Shown: positions 37,528 through 51,931 of the stretch, in pieces | Layout: the number at the start of each line of letters is the position of its first letter | Numbering within the stretch: position 1 is the stretch's first letter | Position numbers and translations under genes: made by a program | The notes under the pieces: generated by a model | What the model was told of the DNA's origin: nothing | The model's database searches: none | Seen by the model: only the letters and a program-made list of their open reading frames with translations | Source of the DNA: Octopus bimaculoides | Taxonomy: Eukaryota | Length of the DNA stretch: 64,000 bases | Assembly (NCBI RefSeq): GCF_001194135.2 | Contig: NC_068984.1 | Span: 33,946,993-34,010,992 of the forward strand | Direction: 5' to 3'

Positions 37528-39113
37528 CTGTGGTCAGGTTTCATCTGCTAAAGCCCTTCGCTGACTATAGCTTTGAGAATGAGTTGGTTTGGTAGACAGA
37601 AAGTAAAAGAATCCTATCATATATATATATGCATATATTACACACACACATATATATACATATATTTATATATAAAATGAAGTATAAGGAAAGGAAAAAA
37701 TTGTAAGTGTAGATGAACTTTAATTCAATGCGTATTCCAAGTTGGTACAGAACCAATATACATTCCATAAATTGTTTCGGAGTCTAATTAATTTCAAAGA
37801 CAAAAACGATAAACTCTTCTTGAAATAAAAATTAGATTCCTTGTCAGGAATTACATACTGGTATGAATAATTACAGCCAACAAAATATACGCTTCGATTA
37901 GAGGTTATGTTACCTTCATGAAGGGATGATGACATCCAAGGAAATACTGGTTCAATATCTAATATTTTGTGGGGAAATGATTTCCTTAAAAAAATAGGTA
38001 TGTATATAAAATCCTGTAGTTAATATACATATAAAAGGAGAAAAAAATGGAGATTGTTAAGTTAATAATAAGAGTTTATTATCAACAACAAATCGAATAT
38101 TATCACTTGCAGTTGTTTCAATAATACTCATTGAATTAATTAATTATAAAGTTTGTATTTCTGAGCATAATAACTTCAGAGGGAAATAAAATATGCTCTT
38201 ACACTTACATGTTTTTATAAGTTTGTTTATGGATTCATTATAGCAGACTATATATATGTATATATGTTCATACGTATGTACACACGTATACATACATGTG
38301 TATATATATATATATATNNNNNNNNNNNNNNNNNNNNNNNNNNNNNNNNNNNNNNNNNNNNNNNNNNNNNNNNNNNNNNNNNNNNNNNNNNNNNNNNNNN
38401 NNNNNNNNNNNNNNNNNNNNNNNNNNNNNNNNNNNNNNNNNNNNNNNNNNNNNNNNNNNNNNNNNNNNNNNNNNNNNNNNNNNNNNNNNNNNNNNNNNNN
38501 NNNNNNNNNNNNNNNNNNNNNNNNNNNNNNNNNNNNNNNNNNNNNNNNNNNNNNNNNNNNNNNNNNNNNNNNNNNNNNNNNNNNNNNNNNNNNNNNNNNN
38601 NNNNNNNNNNNNNNNNNNNNNNNNNNNNNNNNNNNNNNNNNNNNNNNNNNNNNNNNNNNNNNNNNNNNNNNNNNNNNNNNNNNNNNNNNNNNNNNNNNNN
38701 NNNNNNNNNNNNNNNNNNNNNNNNNNNNNNNNNNNNNNNNNNNNNNNNNNNNNNNNNNNNNNNNNNNNNNNNNNNNNNNNNNNNNNNNNNNNNNNNNNNN
38801 NNNNNNNNNNNNNNNNNNNNNNNNNNNNNNNNNNNNNNNNNNNNNNNNNNNNNNNNNNNNNNNNNNNNNNNNNNNNNNNNNNNNNNNNNNNNNNNNNNNN
38901 NNNNNNNNNNNNNNNNNNNNNNNNNNNNNNNNNNNNNNNNNNNNNNNNNNNNNNNNNNNNNNNNNNNNNNNNNNNNNNNNNNNNNNNNNNNNNNNNNNNN
39001 NNNNNNNNNNNNNNNNNNNNNNNNNNNNNNNNNNNNNNNNNNNNNNNNNNNNNNNNNNNNNNNNNNNNNNNNNNNNNNNNNNNNNNNNNNNNNNNNNNNN
39101 NNNNNNNNNNNNN

Positions 39114-40122
39114 CGAGGAAGACCATTGCCGACCTTCAGGAACATTCTGCTCTCTAGTACTAACTTACATTTTGCATTTACGGCTCCGTTGATGGCTAAT
39201 GAGCCCTGCTCTTGATAAGCATACACGACTGCAAACATTGCAGATTAAGCTTTCCCCATTCACTATACGAGCCATGCACTTTCGCGCAGCTCTCTTAAAT
39301 TCTTCATGCTGGATACGTGCTCTCTCAAAAGTGTTGATCCCCTCCTTAACCTGCTTCCTCCATCTGTGACGATGACAGGCATTGTTCTCCCAGTCAGTGT
39401 CCTGCATATCACAAGCCTTTAATGAGGACTTGACACAGTCCTTAAAGCGCAGCCTTGGTTTCTGCCGGAGTCTCCTTCCATTCACAAGTTCCCCATAGCG
39501 CATCTGCTTAGGAATCCTGCTATCCTTCATTCTAATAACATGTCCAGTCCAGCGTAACCGGAGCCTGTGCACCATTGCCTCAATACTCAGGATATCAGCT
39601 GTCCTCAGGATCTGTGTGTCTGGAATCCTTGAGGTCCAGCCAACATTGAGAATGTGCCTGAGATATCTCTGATGAAAGCGTTCAAGGTCCCTTACCTGAC
39701 GTTTGTACAGAGTTCATGTTTCACACAAGTAGAGGAGCAATGTTAGTACACAAGCATGGCACACAGCAACTTTTTTTTGTCTTGCTATGCCATGCTGGGA
39801 CCAGGCACAAGACTAAAGAGACCGGAAGGAATTAGTTACTCTCTGCAACCTGAAACATATTTCCTCATCCAGGGAGCAAGAATGGCTGAGTGTGCTGCCC
39901 AGGTAGACAAACTTGTCTACTACCTTCAGAATTGTTCCTTCAACCAAGATATCTGGTTTCACATATGGATTTCCTGGTGCAGGTTGGAACATTACAACAG
40001 TCTTGTCCAGGCTAATGCCAAGTCCAAATGCCTTGCAAGAAACAGAAATGCAATTCATGAGTATTTGCACGTCATCCACTGTATGAGTGACTAAGTCACA
40101 GTCATCTGCATAAAGGAGGTCA
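39114..40122 (-). mobile_element. RTE (BovB-like) LINE reverse transcriptase C-terminal ~315 codons, two in-frame stops
   Basis: DLLYADDCDL..SLDKTVVM..VDKFVYLGS..LLLYLCET*..LERFHQRYLRHIL..LRWTGHVIRM..RIPKQMRYGEL..RFKDCVK..CNVCSRVCLSRAGLISHQR; bounded by gaps on both sides. Confidence 0.95.
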
Positions 40123-41009
40123 NNNNNNNNNNNNNNNNNNNNNNNNNNNNNNNNNNNNNNNNNNNNNNNNNNNNNNNNNNNNNNNNNNNNNNNNNNNNNN
40201 NNNNNNNNNNNNNNNNNNNNNNNNNNNNNNNNNNNNNNNNNNNNNNNNNNNNNNNNNNNNNNNNNNNNNNNNNNNNNNNNNNNNNNNNNNNNNNNNNNNN
40301 NNNNNNNNNNNNNNNNNNNNNNNNNNNNNNNNNNNNNNNNNNNNNNNNNNNNNNNNNNNNNNNNNNNNNNNNNNNNNNNNNNNNNNNNNNNNNNNNNNNN
40401 NNNNNNNNNNNNNNNNNNNNNNNNNNNNNNNNNNNNNNNNNNNNNNNNNNNNNNNNNNNNNNNNNNNNNNNNNNNNNNNNNNNNNNNNNNNNNNNNNNNN
40501 NNNNNNNNNNNNNNNNNNNNNNNNNNNNNNNNNNNNNNNATATTTGCCCCACCCATGCCAGCACAGAAAGTAGATGTTAAATGATGATGATAATGATGAT
40601 ATATATATACATACACACACATGACCCATTGCTATGAAAAACTTTAATTTTTAGCAGAATTATATTTACAGTGGAAAATTTCCTAATCTAAAATAAACAT
40701 CATTGAATGTTTTTATATTAAGATTTTAAATCTTAAGTAAGATTAACACAACATTAAGTCAAGATTATTTCATAACAAGGATAAAATTACGATCGAATGG
40801 TTATTCAGATTGAATCATTAATAAGATAAAATTAAATCGAATCTAAGTTTAAAATATAACTAAGGTTATATCGTATCTAAGATAAAATTAACGCATGACT
40901 ATGGCAATAATAAATCTACAGGAGTATTTCTCAAATTACTTGCATATGTAACGTTATTAAACTATACCCAGCTCAAGGATTTTTCTTCAGGACCTTGAAA
41001 TACTTCAGC

Positions 41010-41400
41010 TTTGATTCAACGTTGGGACCTCTATGAAACTGAAGTACATTTATATTGTTGTTTTTTACCTGTCTGAAACATTGCTGTTTTATACTCATGA
41101 GAATATCATGAACTGAATCCTCCTACCAAAAAGTGCTCTCTTTCTGATGGACTAAGTAAAGCTCATCCAAATGCTTCTGCCTCTGCTCTGTACACTAACT
41201 CTTCTATCTGCTTTTTCCGCTGATATTACAGAAACTGCTCCATAAATCTGGCAAATCTTGTGCAACTTTCACTTTAGTACTGCCACAAATTCACTCATGT
41301 TTCATCATCTCATTGCTTATAATATGTTCGCTTCCAATCAGGCTCTGCTCTAAAAACTATACCTAGTCTTTCTAGAATGCTTCAACCCACTGAAACGTAT
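41010..41400 (+). mobile_element. Possible decayed CR1/L2-group LINE 3' ORF remnant
   Basis: SICFFR*YYRNCSINLANLV resembles the SL.LFYRYY.G.CS.ELA.LVP motif. Confidence 0.4.
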
Positions 41401-42284
41401 CCATGATCACCACTCACTTCAAGACCTTCCAGTCCCTTATCCACACACTCTCCATGCCCTCACACATCTACCCTAACCCTCTCACAGCCATTCTTATTTC
41501 GCTCACAACCATTTGTTACAGTCAACCCTGCCCCATCTCTAAATATCCCCCTTTACTCTCATATGGAATATACCCTCTATCCTCCTCAGTAGCCCTTTTA
41601 ACCCTCACCACTGTTCCCTGAATTAGGTCCTAATGTGTCACCAACACCACCTATGTCTCTCTCTCTCTCTCTCCTCTATTGTTCCTCACCACCCTTCACC
41701 AACCCATCTAAATAGCTTAGATGTAGCTTACTTGACTATCCAGACTTTCTCTTATTACTTCCTAGATTACCCGCCCCACCGATATGAATCCCTTTATTTT
41801 ATTTTTTTTATTTTTTATTTTATTTTATTTTAAGTTTTATTTTTATTTTAAGTTTATTCTTACTTTTTTACATGAATATCTGTGTATGTCTTTTTATTGT
41901 ATTGTATTGTTCTTAACCACCAACTTAACACTACACACTGAATCGTGGCAAGGTATGGAAGGTTTTCGGAGGACCGGAGAGATTATGTCTAGGTGGAGAA
42001 TTATACGAGGTATAGTACTAGACAGAATACCAAAAGGATCTTCACCTCTTACATCACACCTTTCTTCCTACTTCAACGCCGAGGTGGTATAATTTCCTGG
42101 GAGAGAAATAATTTTGCGGCTGAGGATAGCTTTACATTGTAAATTATACACATTATATTATACACATATAAAGCTTGAAACACGTGTACCGCGGAATCCT
42201 TTGTAGTTTTGTTGTTATTTTTTGGATTTACAGAACAAAAATTAAAAGTGTGTCATTATAGTACTCTATTTATCCTCTATTTAT

Positions 42285-42815
42285 CTAATATCGAGGTTTC
42301 TCAAAGACAACAATCTGCTGAACCCCAACCAGCATGGTTTTCGTGATGGCAGGGACTTCCTGTCACAGCTTCTGCACCATTTTGATGACATCTTAAAAGT
42401 ATTGGGAGAAGGCCCCAACACTGACGTCATATACCTTGATTTGACAGAGGGTACCACAAGATCCTGCAGAAAAAACTGTCCAACATTGGATTCTGTGGAA
42501 AGCTACTGCAGTGGATAAAGTGTTTCCTGACAAACAGAACCCATCATGTTATGTTTGAGGGAATAAAATCCAGCTCAGCCAAAGTCAGTAGTGGTGTCCT
42601 ACAAGGTACTGTGTTGGGCCCACTCCTCTTCATTATTTACACCAATGACATAGTAGATGTCATGAAGCATTCTACATTGAAAATCTTTGCAGATGATTCC
42701 AAATTCCAGAAAGCCATAAATGGCATGGGTGACCGAACATACCTTCAGCCAGCTCTGTCTGTTATTGTCCAATGGGCAGGAAAAAACAATATGCATTTAA
42801 ATGAAGATAAGTTTG
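42285..42815 (+). mobile_element. CR1-clade LINE reverse transcriptase fragment
   Basis: NPNQHGFR..DVIYLD..HKIL.KKL..GKLLQWIKCFLTNR..SGVLQGTVLGPLLFIIYTND..FADDSK..QWA..NNMHLN.DK. Confidence 0.92.
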
Positions 42816-44354
42816 ATTTGAACACAAGACTTCAGACTTTTACAATTCAGCCACATAACTACTTTCAAATAATGTAGCTTCAAGTAAGATGTTCTCATGA
42901 AATTAGATGTCCCATATACATGAAAGCTAGGACAATGATATTATCTAGACTTGCAGGCTGTTGTAAACAACTGACAATTCATAAGATATTAGGTGCCATT
43001 AAGAAACAAATGGCCACTGCCCTGGACAATATTATATGTAGTCTTTTAATATATAAAAGTAGGTTACATCTCTCCACTATCTCTCCCTCTCTAGTTATTT
43101 ATCTTTTTATCTATCTATCTATAACCTATCTATCCATTTATCTCTCACATGCCCCTCCCCCCTACACACACACACTCACTCTCCCTCGCAGTCTTTCTCT
43201 TCTTCTCTCTTTCTCCTTTCTTTCTCCTTCTCTTATCCCATCCCTATCTCACTCTGTAAGGAAAGTAAGTGAAATAGTTTCATTTTCTTCTTGCTCTCAC
43301 AAGATAATTTGCAATTCATTCCTCCATGAAAGGTCTCTAAATTTCAATTAGAAAACAAATAAAAAACCGTAATGAAAAAGTAAAGAGAAATATATATATA
43401 TATATACATTTCCCCCTTTTTTTCTTTCTGTAACCTCAAGCTAGACACCTAGCATTTTCTGTAATAAACTCATTAATGTAGATTTTGTTGTTTTATAACT
43501 AATTAACTGCACAGAGATAAATTAATGAAACAATTTGAAGACAGTAATGATTTTGCTGTTTTCCACATTTTCTAAAGTTAGTTTCATTTTCTGAGATTTC
43601 TTTATCCTTTCTTTTTTTGTTCCTTTGTGTGTGTGTGTTTGCATGTGTGCATTTGCATGTGTGTGTGTGTGTGTGTATTCACATATGTGCATGTGTGTGT
43701 GTGTGTATGTATGTGGATATATATATATATGTATATATCTTCTGATTGAAGTAAAATGACTGGATTCATTGACTATCAGTGCATAGTAAAATTGATTCTC
43801 AAGGTTTTGTTTTCTTAATCTTCCAAAGTCATTCTCCATTCCCCTATGGCAAGGCTTTCAATATTTCCTAATTCATTTTAGAAAGCAAGAATATTAAGTA
43901 ATTGTTAATCAGTTACCAGAAAATCTAACGTATGCTATGGAAGGGTTTCATGTCAGAAAAAAATTGCATCTCACCTATCAGATTCTATCAAAGCCAAACA
44001 TTATTGCTAATTTGTCTTCTAAGAAATTTTGGTTTGGAGAAATATCTGTGAAATTTCTAGGGATATATATTTTATGCTGTTCTAACTTTGTACTTGTCAA
44101 AAATATATGTAAAATAATGACTTCTAATTTAGGCAGAAGACTAACAATTTTGAAACCAGGAGTTGAGTCAAATACCATTAACAATAGATGTTTGCTCGTT
44201 CTTTATTCTATTCCTTCTAAAAAAATAAGGGAGGAAAATGAAAATTGATCTGAACTCAGAATGTGAAGAGCTGGAATAAGTACTGCATAGCAATTTTTCT
44301 GACTGTCTTTCAATCTTGCTAGAAAATGCTAAAAAAATAATATTGGTTTCAACT

Positions 44355-44480
44355 TTTGCAGCCAGGCCAGTAACTTGAGGGAGGGGTAAGTCGATTTCAT
44401 TGACTATCGTCTTCAACTGGTACTTATTTTATTGACCCCCCAAAAGATGAAAGGAAAGGTCAATTTCAGCAGAATTTGAT
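44355..44480 (-). mobile_element. Family B SINE fragment
   Basis: ggggtaagtcgatt..actggtacttattttattgacccc..gatgaaagg..agaatttga. Confidence 0.75.
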
Positions 44481-44492
44481 TAAATGCTCTTT

Positions 44493-44908
44493 ACGCTTTC
44501 TCTTTTACTCTGTTACTTGTTTCAGTCATTTGACTGTAGCCATGCTGGAGCACTGCCTTTAGTCGAGCAAATCGACCCCAGGACTTATTCTTTGTAAGCC
44601 TAGTACTTATTCTATCAGTCTCTTTTGCCAAACCATTAAGTTACGGGAACGTAAACACACCAGCATCGGTTGTCAAGCAATATTGGACAAACACAGAAAC
44701 ACAAACTTACACATACACACATACATATATATATATACATATATACGATGGGCTTCTTACAGTTTCCATCTACCAAATCCACTCGCAAGGCTTTGGTCGG
44801 CCCGAGGCTATAGTAGAAGACACTTGCCCAAGGTGCCACGCAGTGGGACTGAACCCGGAACCATGTGGTTGGTAAGCAAGCTACTTACCACACAGCTACT
44901 CCTATGCC
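44493..44908 (-). mobile_element. Family A SINE, full length
   Basis: rc head tgtggtaagtagcttgcttaccaaccacatggttccGGGTTCAGTCCcactgcgtggcaccttgggcaagtgtc; 3' end tgactgaaacaagtaa. Confidence 0.95.
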
Positions 44909-46533
44909 TGATAATAATAATTCATTTAAGGTGGCAAGCTTCTAGAAATATTAGCACTCTATGCAAAATGTTTAGTGAAATTACATCTATCTTTACATTC
45001 CATGTTCAAATTACAACTAGGTCAATTCTGTAACTGACCAACCTCTTCCACGAAATTGGTGGCCTTGTGCCAAAATATGAAACCATTATTAATAATTCAC
45101 TCTAATTTTGAATATACAGCTGGTAATTTTGAAGTGAGAGCAATTTATCAATACTAATGACCCCAGTTAACTAGTATTTTATTTTATGAATCATGAAGTA
45201 TAAAAGGAAAAGTAAACTTTGGTGAGATTTTAGTGATACAACAAATATTGTGTGGAATTTTCTCCCAAATTGCAATATTGATTTTTAACATAGGGAACAG
45301 GTTCGAATACTAGAGAAGGACTATGATGAATTATTTCAGCCCTAGTATTTGAGTGGTTTTATTCTACTGAACCCAGAAAGATAAATTATGAAGGTGACAT
45401 GATACAGCATGGGAACTCAGAAAATAAAACAATTTTCTATAAACAACTTACAAGTTCTCAAAGAGCAGGAGCAGAGGTGTAAGAAATATTACATTGGAAC
45501 AAATTACATTTTAATGAGAATTAAGTAAAATACTTAATGGTGGTGGTGGTGGTGGTGGTGATAGTGGTGGTGGTGGTGGTGATAGTGATGGTGGTGGTGG
45601 TGATGATATTCTTTAAACTTAGGTCAGTTCTGATCATGAAGACCTATGATCAAAGTATTTCAGCCATGACCATCCCATCTTATTTTAAAACACTATATCC
45701 AAAACTACATTATGCAATATATCCGAGTTTTTAAGATGAAAGAGTGTAGCATAAGATTTTGACTGCATTTTCTATATGACCAAGTGAACATGTAGAGACT
45801 TGCCATATCTGGAAGGAGTTTAATCCAGTGTACTACCATTTTCATAACTCTTCTACTCTCACGAGTGGATCAATAATGCATAATATTGTAGATAAGGATG
45901 TTTAGTATAATTCATTTTGATTGAAGCAATGAAGAGAAAAACAGAATGCTCAAAAGTTGTCACTATAGAGAATCCTATCTCTGTGTGGTGAGCATGTCAA
46001 AGACAATTCCTAAATATGAATGATTGGTTGCTGTAAACAGAAGAGACTACGTGGTAGTAACTAACGTAAAAGCCCAATCTGGATCATCAGTGAATATGAT
46101 GATAGACTCAAATGCCCAGAGTACTCACACAGTTATTTACTGCAACTTTATTCTATCTTAATATTCTAAGTAATCATTCAGTAGTATAATTAAAGGTAGC
46201 AATTTGAGAATACTCGAATGGTGGAAACTTGGTTTCCTTTCCGCAGTCAGTTGTCAAATTACAGTATAAGTTATAAAGATGTAAGTGTGAGTGAGAATTG
46301 AAATTATTAAATATTAACATGATAATAGAAAGAAGACTTGATAACCCAATAACATCTACGAATGAACTGACTTGAAAAGCTGCATAACTCGTAGAAATAT
46401 TGAAAAATTATACATTAAAATGATTAAGATGAGATATATATGCATACGCGCATGCGCACGTGTGGAAATGTATACATATGTATATGTGTGTGTGCATATA
46501 TATATATACATATGTATGTGTGTTTGTAAATAT

Positions 46534-46588
<55 letters not shown>

Positions 46589-47865
46589 CATACATGTGTG
46601 TGTATGTGTGTGCGTACATGTGCGTATGAATATGTATATATGCTATTATTTCATAACAGTATCGAATTATAGATAAGCTCAGTATATAATAGGATTTCAA
46701 GTGCATATATTATTAAAGTGTTGCCTCTCAAAAATATGCATGATATGACAGAATATTATGGCATGATTTTTCAATATTTACAATATTCAGCAGTATGATG
46801 CTTCATGTAAAATATTGGATATATAACTAATTCGATAAAATAAAAATTTACAAAAATCAGGTTCAAATTTGATTGAAATTTTGAAATTTAATTACTATCA
46901 ATAACAAAAGGTTTTTGTGAAGCACAAATAATACAAATTGTTATTATTCTTCAATAAAAGGGATATATTGTAGTAAATAATATAAAACGAAGATTAAATT
47001 GATGAATATATTTATTTAACTTATTTAGTTTTATTCTTGTTTATGTCATTCATTATGAATATAGCTATAATTAGCTTTAGATGTTTTGTTAACGTTCTCA
47101 ATTTAACCAAATATTTTAGTTGCTAACTCATTATGAATGATTATTCCTTTATTTAGAGATTAATGGAAAGTAGAACATTGATGGACCTAAACAAAATATA
47201 TAAAACAAACTAAATTAAAATGAAATAAAATTCCATTAATCCAAAATGGAATTTTCTTTAATATTTATTTTATCATTTTAGATTGTTAAGTAGAATACTT
47301 AAAAGAAATAGAAATGAGGAAAAATAAAAATTAATTTTAAGGAATACATAATAGTATTGTGCTTTGCAGAATATTAAGATTTGACAATTCCGCAAAACAA
47401 CAAAGTCCATGTTGAACATGCCATGATTTTTATATTTCTGATACTGGATTAATATCACCCTGTTGTCAGTAGGTCGCACATATTTAATATCTCAATTCAC
47501 TTTCTGCTTGCACAATCAAATGTAGATCAGATGTCTGAATTAAGTCCAGATGATCATCAGAGAACAGCTATCTAAATATTTGTGGATGACCAACACACTT
47601 TTGTAAAAAAAGAAGTGTTCAAAAATTGTGTTGTGTATTATGAGGTGATTAATGCGATTAATAGTAAACTAACTAAATATCATATTCTTAAATGACAGTA
47701 TACTTTAAGTCATAAATAGCACAAACATTATGAAAAATTTGGAAATATTTTAGAAATATGTTGGTTATAGGAAAATGCTAGTTTGATCTACAAAAGAGTA
47801 TTCAACAAGGATTTTGTGCATATATATGCATAAATCTCTCTCTCTCTCTCTCTCTNNNNNNNNNN

Positions 47866-47905
<40 letters not shown>

Positions 47906-48112
47906 CCTTTGCTATGTATTTGGTGTCAGTGGAATTTTGAACCCACTTCTAACAACACCACATGACCTGCGTTGATAAATAGTAACTAAGTTTCCAATAG
48001 CTACCCTGACTTACTGCACCTCTCCATTCAGCTATCTGAGTGCAAGCTAGGTTTCAGTAAAAGGCCTATGAAACTTTAAGTTACAGGGGGTGAATCAAAC
48101 TATTTTAAATTG

Positions 48113-48265
48113 GCGTTAGGAAGGGCATCCAGCTGTAGAAACTCTGCCAAATCAGACTGGAGCCTGGTGTTGCCATCCGGTTTCACCAGTCCTCAGTCAA
48201 ATCGTCCAACCCATGCTAGCATGGAAAGCGGACGTTAAACGATGATGATGATGATGATGATGATA
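48113..48265 (+). mobile_element. RTE-type 3' tail, well preserved
   Basis: ttggcgttaggaagggcatccagctgtagaaactctgcc..catgctagcatggaaagcggacgttaaac(gat)n. Confidence 0.9.
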
Positions 48266-48788
48266 TATATATATATTAACTATGGCTAGTTTAGTTCATT
48301 ATTTTTCTTCTTGTTTTGCCTATGTGAGTTGCAGGTAATTGCTATCTGTTGGAGTTTCAGCATTTTAGCTGCTATTTCTGAACTTCGGTATGTGGTGAAG
48401 CAACCTGTTGCTGATCCTTTNNNNNNNNNNNNNNNNNNNNNNNNNNNNNNNNNNNNNNNNNNNNNNNNNNNNNNNNNNNNNNNNNNNNNNNNNNNNNNNN
48501 NNNNNNNNNNNNNNNNNNNNNNNNNNNNNNNNNNNNNNNNNNNNNNNNNNNNNNNNNNNNNNNNNNNNNNNNNNNNNNNNNNNNNNNNNNNNNNNNNNNN
48601 NNNNNNNNNNNNNNNNNNNNNNNNNNNNNNNNNNNNNNNNNNNNNNNNNNNNNNNNNNNNNNNNNNNNNNNNNNNNNNNNNNNNNNNNNNNNNNNNNNNN
48701 NNNNNNNNNNNNNNNNNNNNNNNNNNNNNNNNNNNNNNNNNNNNNNNNNNNNNNNNNNNNNNNNNNNNNNNNNNNNNNNNNNNNNNNN

Positions 48789-48835
<47 letters not shown>

Positions 48836-48838
<3 letters not shown>

Positions 48839-48983
48839 GACGGGCTTCTTTCCAAATCCGCTCACAAAGCTTTGGTTAGCCTGAGGCTATAGAAGAAGGC
48901 ACTTGCCCAAGGTGCCACACAGTCGGACTGAATCCAGAACCATGTGGCCTGGAAAGCAAGCTACTTGCCACACAACTACGCCT
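48836..48983 (-). mobile_element. Family A SINE 5' half
   Basis: cgacgggcttct..aaatccgctcacaaagctttgg..cacttgcccaaggtgcc..ctacttgccacaca. Confidence 0.85.
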
Positions 48984-49611
48984 GTCTTCGTCATCTAAAT
49001 TAATAGATGATTTAGTAATTCGCTAATATGTATGCATAAAATTAATATAAACAATGTTTCACAAAAAGAATTATAATTGTCACTAAATGTGACCAGGGTA
49101 TTAAAAACACCTACGTTGCTAGAAATAAGAGCTAAAATACACTAATGCTGTATATCAAGTTCAATTATCAACCAAGTTATCAATCTAGACTTTCGTGGTA
49201 CCACTTGATAATGTATTAGCAATATTAACTATTACTTTTACATCCTCTAATTGATCATAGTTGTTGTGACAGACAACATTATGTGTGTTGTTTAATGTAG
49301 AATGAACTGTGAAACAGCAACTATCCTATATGGCTCTGAACAAGATCAGAGCTTAGAAAATAGTGCAAGAGTGCCTTGCTTATGAGACAGTTATAAAGGA
49401 ATGAAGAAACTAGAGTATTTTTCTCTTGCTTTCTCCATGCTTACACAACAAGTTGAACTGCATGCCAGGAAATATTTGACCCTTGCTTCAACTTCCCAAC
49501 GAAGGAGCCACGGCACATTTGCTTGACCTGCTAGAAGCAGTAATCATATTCCCTCAAAAATCACTTCTTTTAATGAAGAACTGAAAGTATCTATGAAGTC
49601 TCAAGGACATA

Positions 49612-49863
49612 TTCTCTTTACTCTTTTACTCTTTTACTTGTTTCAGTCATTCGACTGCAGCCATGCTGGAGCACCGCCTTTAGTCGAGCAAATCAACCCC
49701 AGGNNNNNNNNNNTCAGTTTCCGTCTTCCAAATCCACTCACAAGGCTTTGGTCAGCCCGAGGCCATAGTAGAAGACACTTGCCCAAGTTGCCATGCAGTG
49801 AGACTGAACCAGGAACCATGTGGTTTGTAAGCAAGCTACTTACCACACAGCCACTCCTATGCC
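49612..49863 (-). mobile_element. Family A SINE with internal gap
   Basis: Both halves are collinear with the 44.5k copy. Confidence 0.9.
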
Positions 49864-49884
49864 TACATAATCACAAAAAATAAT

Positions 49885-49949
<65 letters not shown>

Positions 49950-50613
49950 GAGAATGTGTTTTGATAAAGGAAATTCTCAGCAAGATGGTCTGTTGATCAG
50001 CAGACATTAGTCCTATAGTCTGACAAAGTGACCAGCTACAAATCTACCATTAACTAAAACTAAGAACAGCATCCACCTTTACTTTTAAACCAATGGAGAA
50101 AAAGACCATATCTAGAAGTGACTTCTGTTACATACAAACATTAATTTGCTAGAAGCTATTTCATAGCTTCTGACCAGTAAGGTAATCTCCTTTTGCACAT
50201 TAAGATGTATATGTCATGCATGGGTCAGATATGTGATGTCATGAAAGCAATTAAAGCAGAGGATCCTACTGTCTAGATGATTGATAGATATTTATGTATG
50301 CATATGTATATATATATATATATGTATATATATATACATATATGTATGTATATATATATATATATATATATANNNNNNNNNNNNNNNNNNNNNNNNNNNN
50401 NNNNNNNNNNNNNNNNNNNNNNNNNNNNNNNNNNNNNNNNNNNNACATTAATTTGCTAGAAGCTATTTCATAGCTTCTGACCAGTAAGGTAATCTCCTTT
50501 TGCACATTAAGATGTATATGTCATGCATGGGTCAGATATGTGATGTCATGAAAGCAATTAAAGCAGAGGATCCTACTGTCTAGATGATTGATAGATATTT
50601 ATGTATGCATATG

Positions 50614-50646
<33 letters not shown>

Positions 50647-51589
50647 GTATGTATATATACATATATATATGGGTGTGCGTGTGTAGATGGAGAGAGAGAA
50701 ATACACACTTATTACACACACACACACACACACATATAAGTCTGGGAGCTGGGGATAATGACATAAATTTGATGGATGGATAAATGGATGATTGGTTGGA
50801 TAAATGGATGAAAAGAAATATGGTTGTGTGGATATAAAGTAGTTCAAGTTATATAATAAGTTGAGGAAGAAATTAATGGCTCGCACAGAGATATTTACTG
50901 AAGAGAGACTGCGAAGTGTGCAAGAACTTTGTACATAACTGAATTTTGAAACTACTGAAATTTAAAGTGCCGAAGCCTGGCTATGCAGTTAAGATGTTTG
51001 TGCAACAACAATATGGTTCTGGGGTCAACACTAGTGAGTGGAACCTTAAGCAAGTTTCTTCTTTTTAAGTGTGGGTTAATCAGTGCCCTGTGAATGAAAT
51101 TTGGTAGATGGAAAATTTATAGAAATATTACAGACAATGCTATGCTTATATGTATGTAAATGTGTGTTTGTGTATTCCCATAAAGTGCTCTTTTGAGTTT
51201 TATTCTGTTATGCCAATGGATGACTTAGCCATGCACTAAATAGAAATCAATAAAAGAATTAGCAAAATACCGTTGATGCTTTACTCAAATGAAGCTCTGG
51301 GAAGCTGTATGAAGCCTAAAACAACATCGGAATTGGAAAATGAAGGGATAAGCTTGCATGAGTGTGAGAGGAAAATGACAGATGATTGGAGATGGGGGTA
51401 GAGGTGAATGTATTGAATAGTGAACAATAGTGGGAGTGTGGTCAATGGTAGATATAAGATTGGAGGAGAAGGTGATAAGAAATGTAAATGGTGCAGTAGT
51501 AGGAGGCAATAAGTGGCAGAACAGAAAGGGCGTAGAATAGCAGAATATGTGTGTGTGTGTGTGTGTGTGTGTGCGTCTGTGTGTATTTA

Positions 51590-51800
51590 TATATGTGTGT
51601 GTTTGTCCCCCCCTACATCGCTTGATAACTGATGCTGGCATGTTTATGTCCCTATAACTTAGTGGTTCGGCAAAAGAGACTGATGGAATAAATACTAGGT
51701 TTACAAAGAATAAGTCCTGGGGTCGATTTGCTTGACTAAAGGCGGTGCTCCAGCATGGCTGCAGTCAAATAGCTGAAATAAATAAAGGAATAAAAGAATA
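51590..51800 (+). mobile_element. Family A SINE 3' half
   Basis: catcgcttgataac..aagaataagtcctggggtcgatttgcttgactaaaggcggtgctccagcatggc. Confidence 0.88.
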
Positions 51801-51885
51801 TATATATATATATTTCAAATGTACAGATATATGAAAATAACTGGCACACCATCAAGCAAATGCCCAAACCACTAAACCCTGTGCC

Positions 51886-51918
<33 letters not shown>

Positions 51919-51931
51919 CCCACTACACACT

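Noticed and set aside
50139-50630. ~190-bp exact duplication either side of gap 50373-50444
   Set aside because: Assembly artefact (contig overlap at a TA microsatellite).
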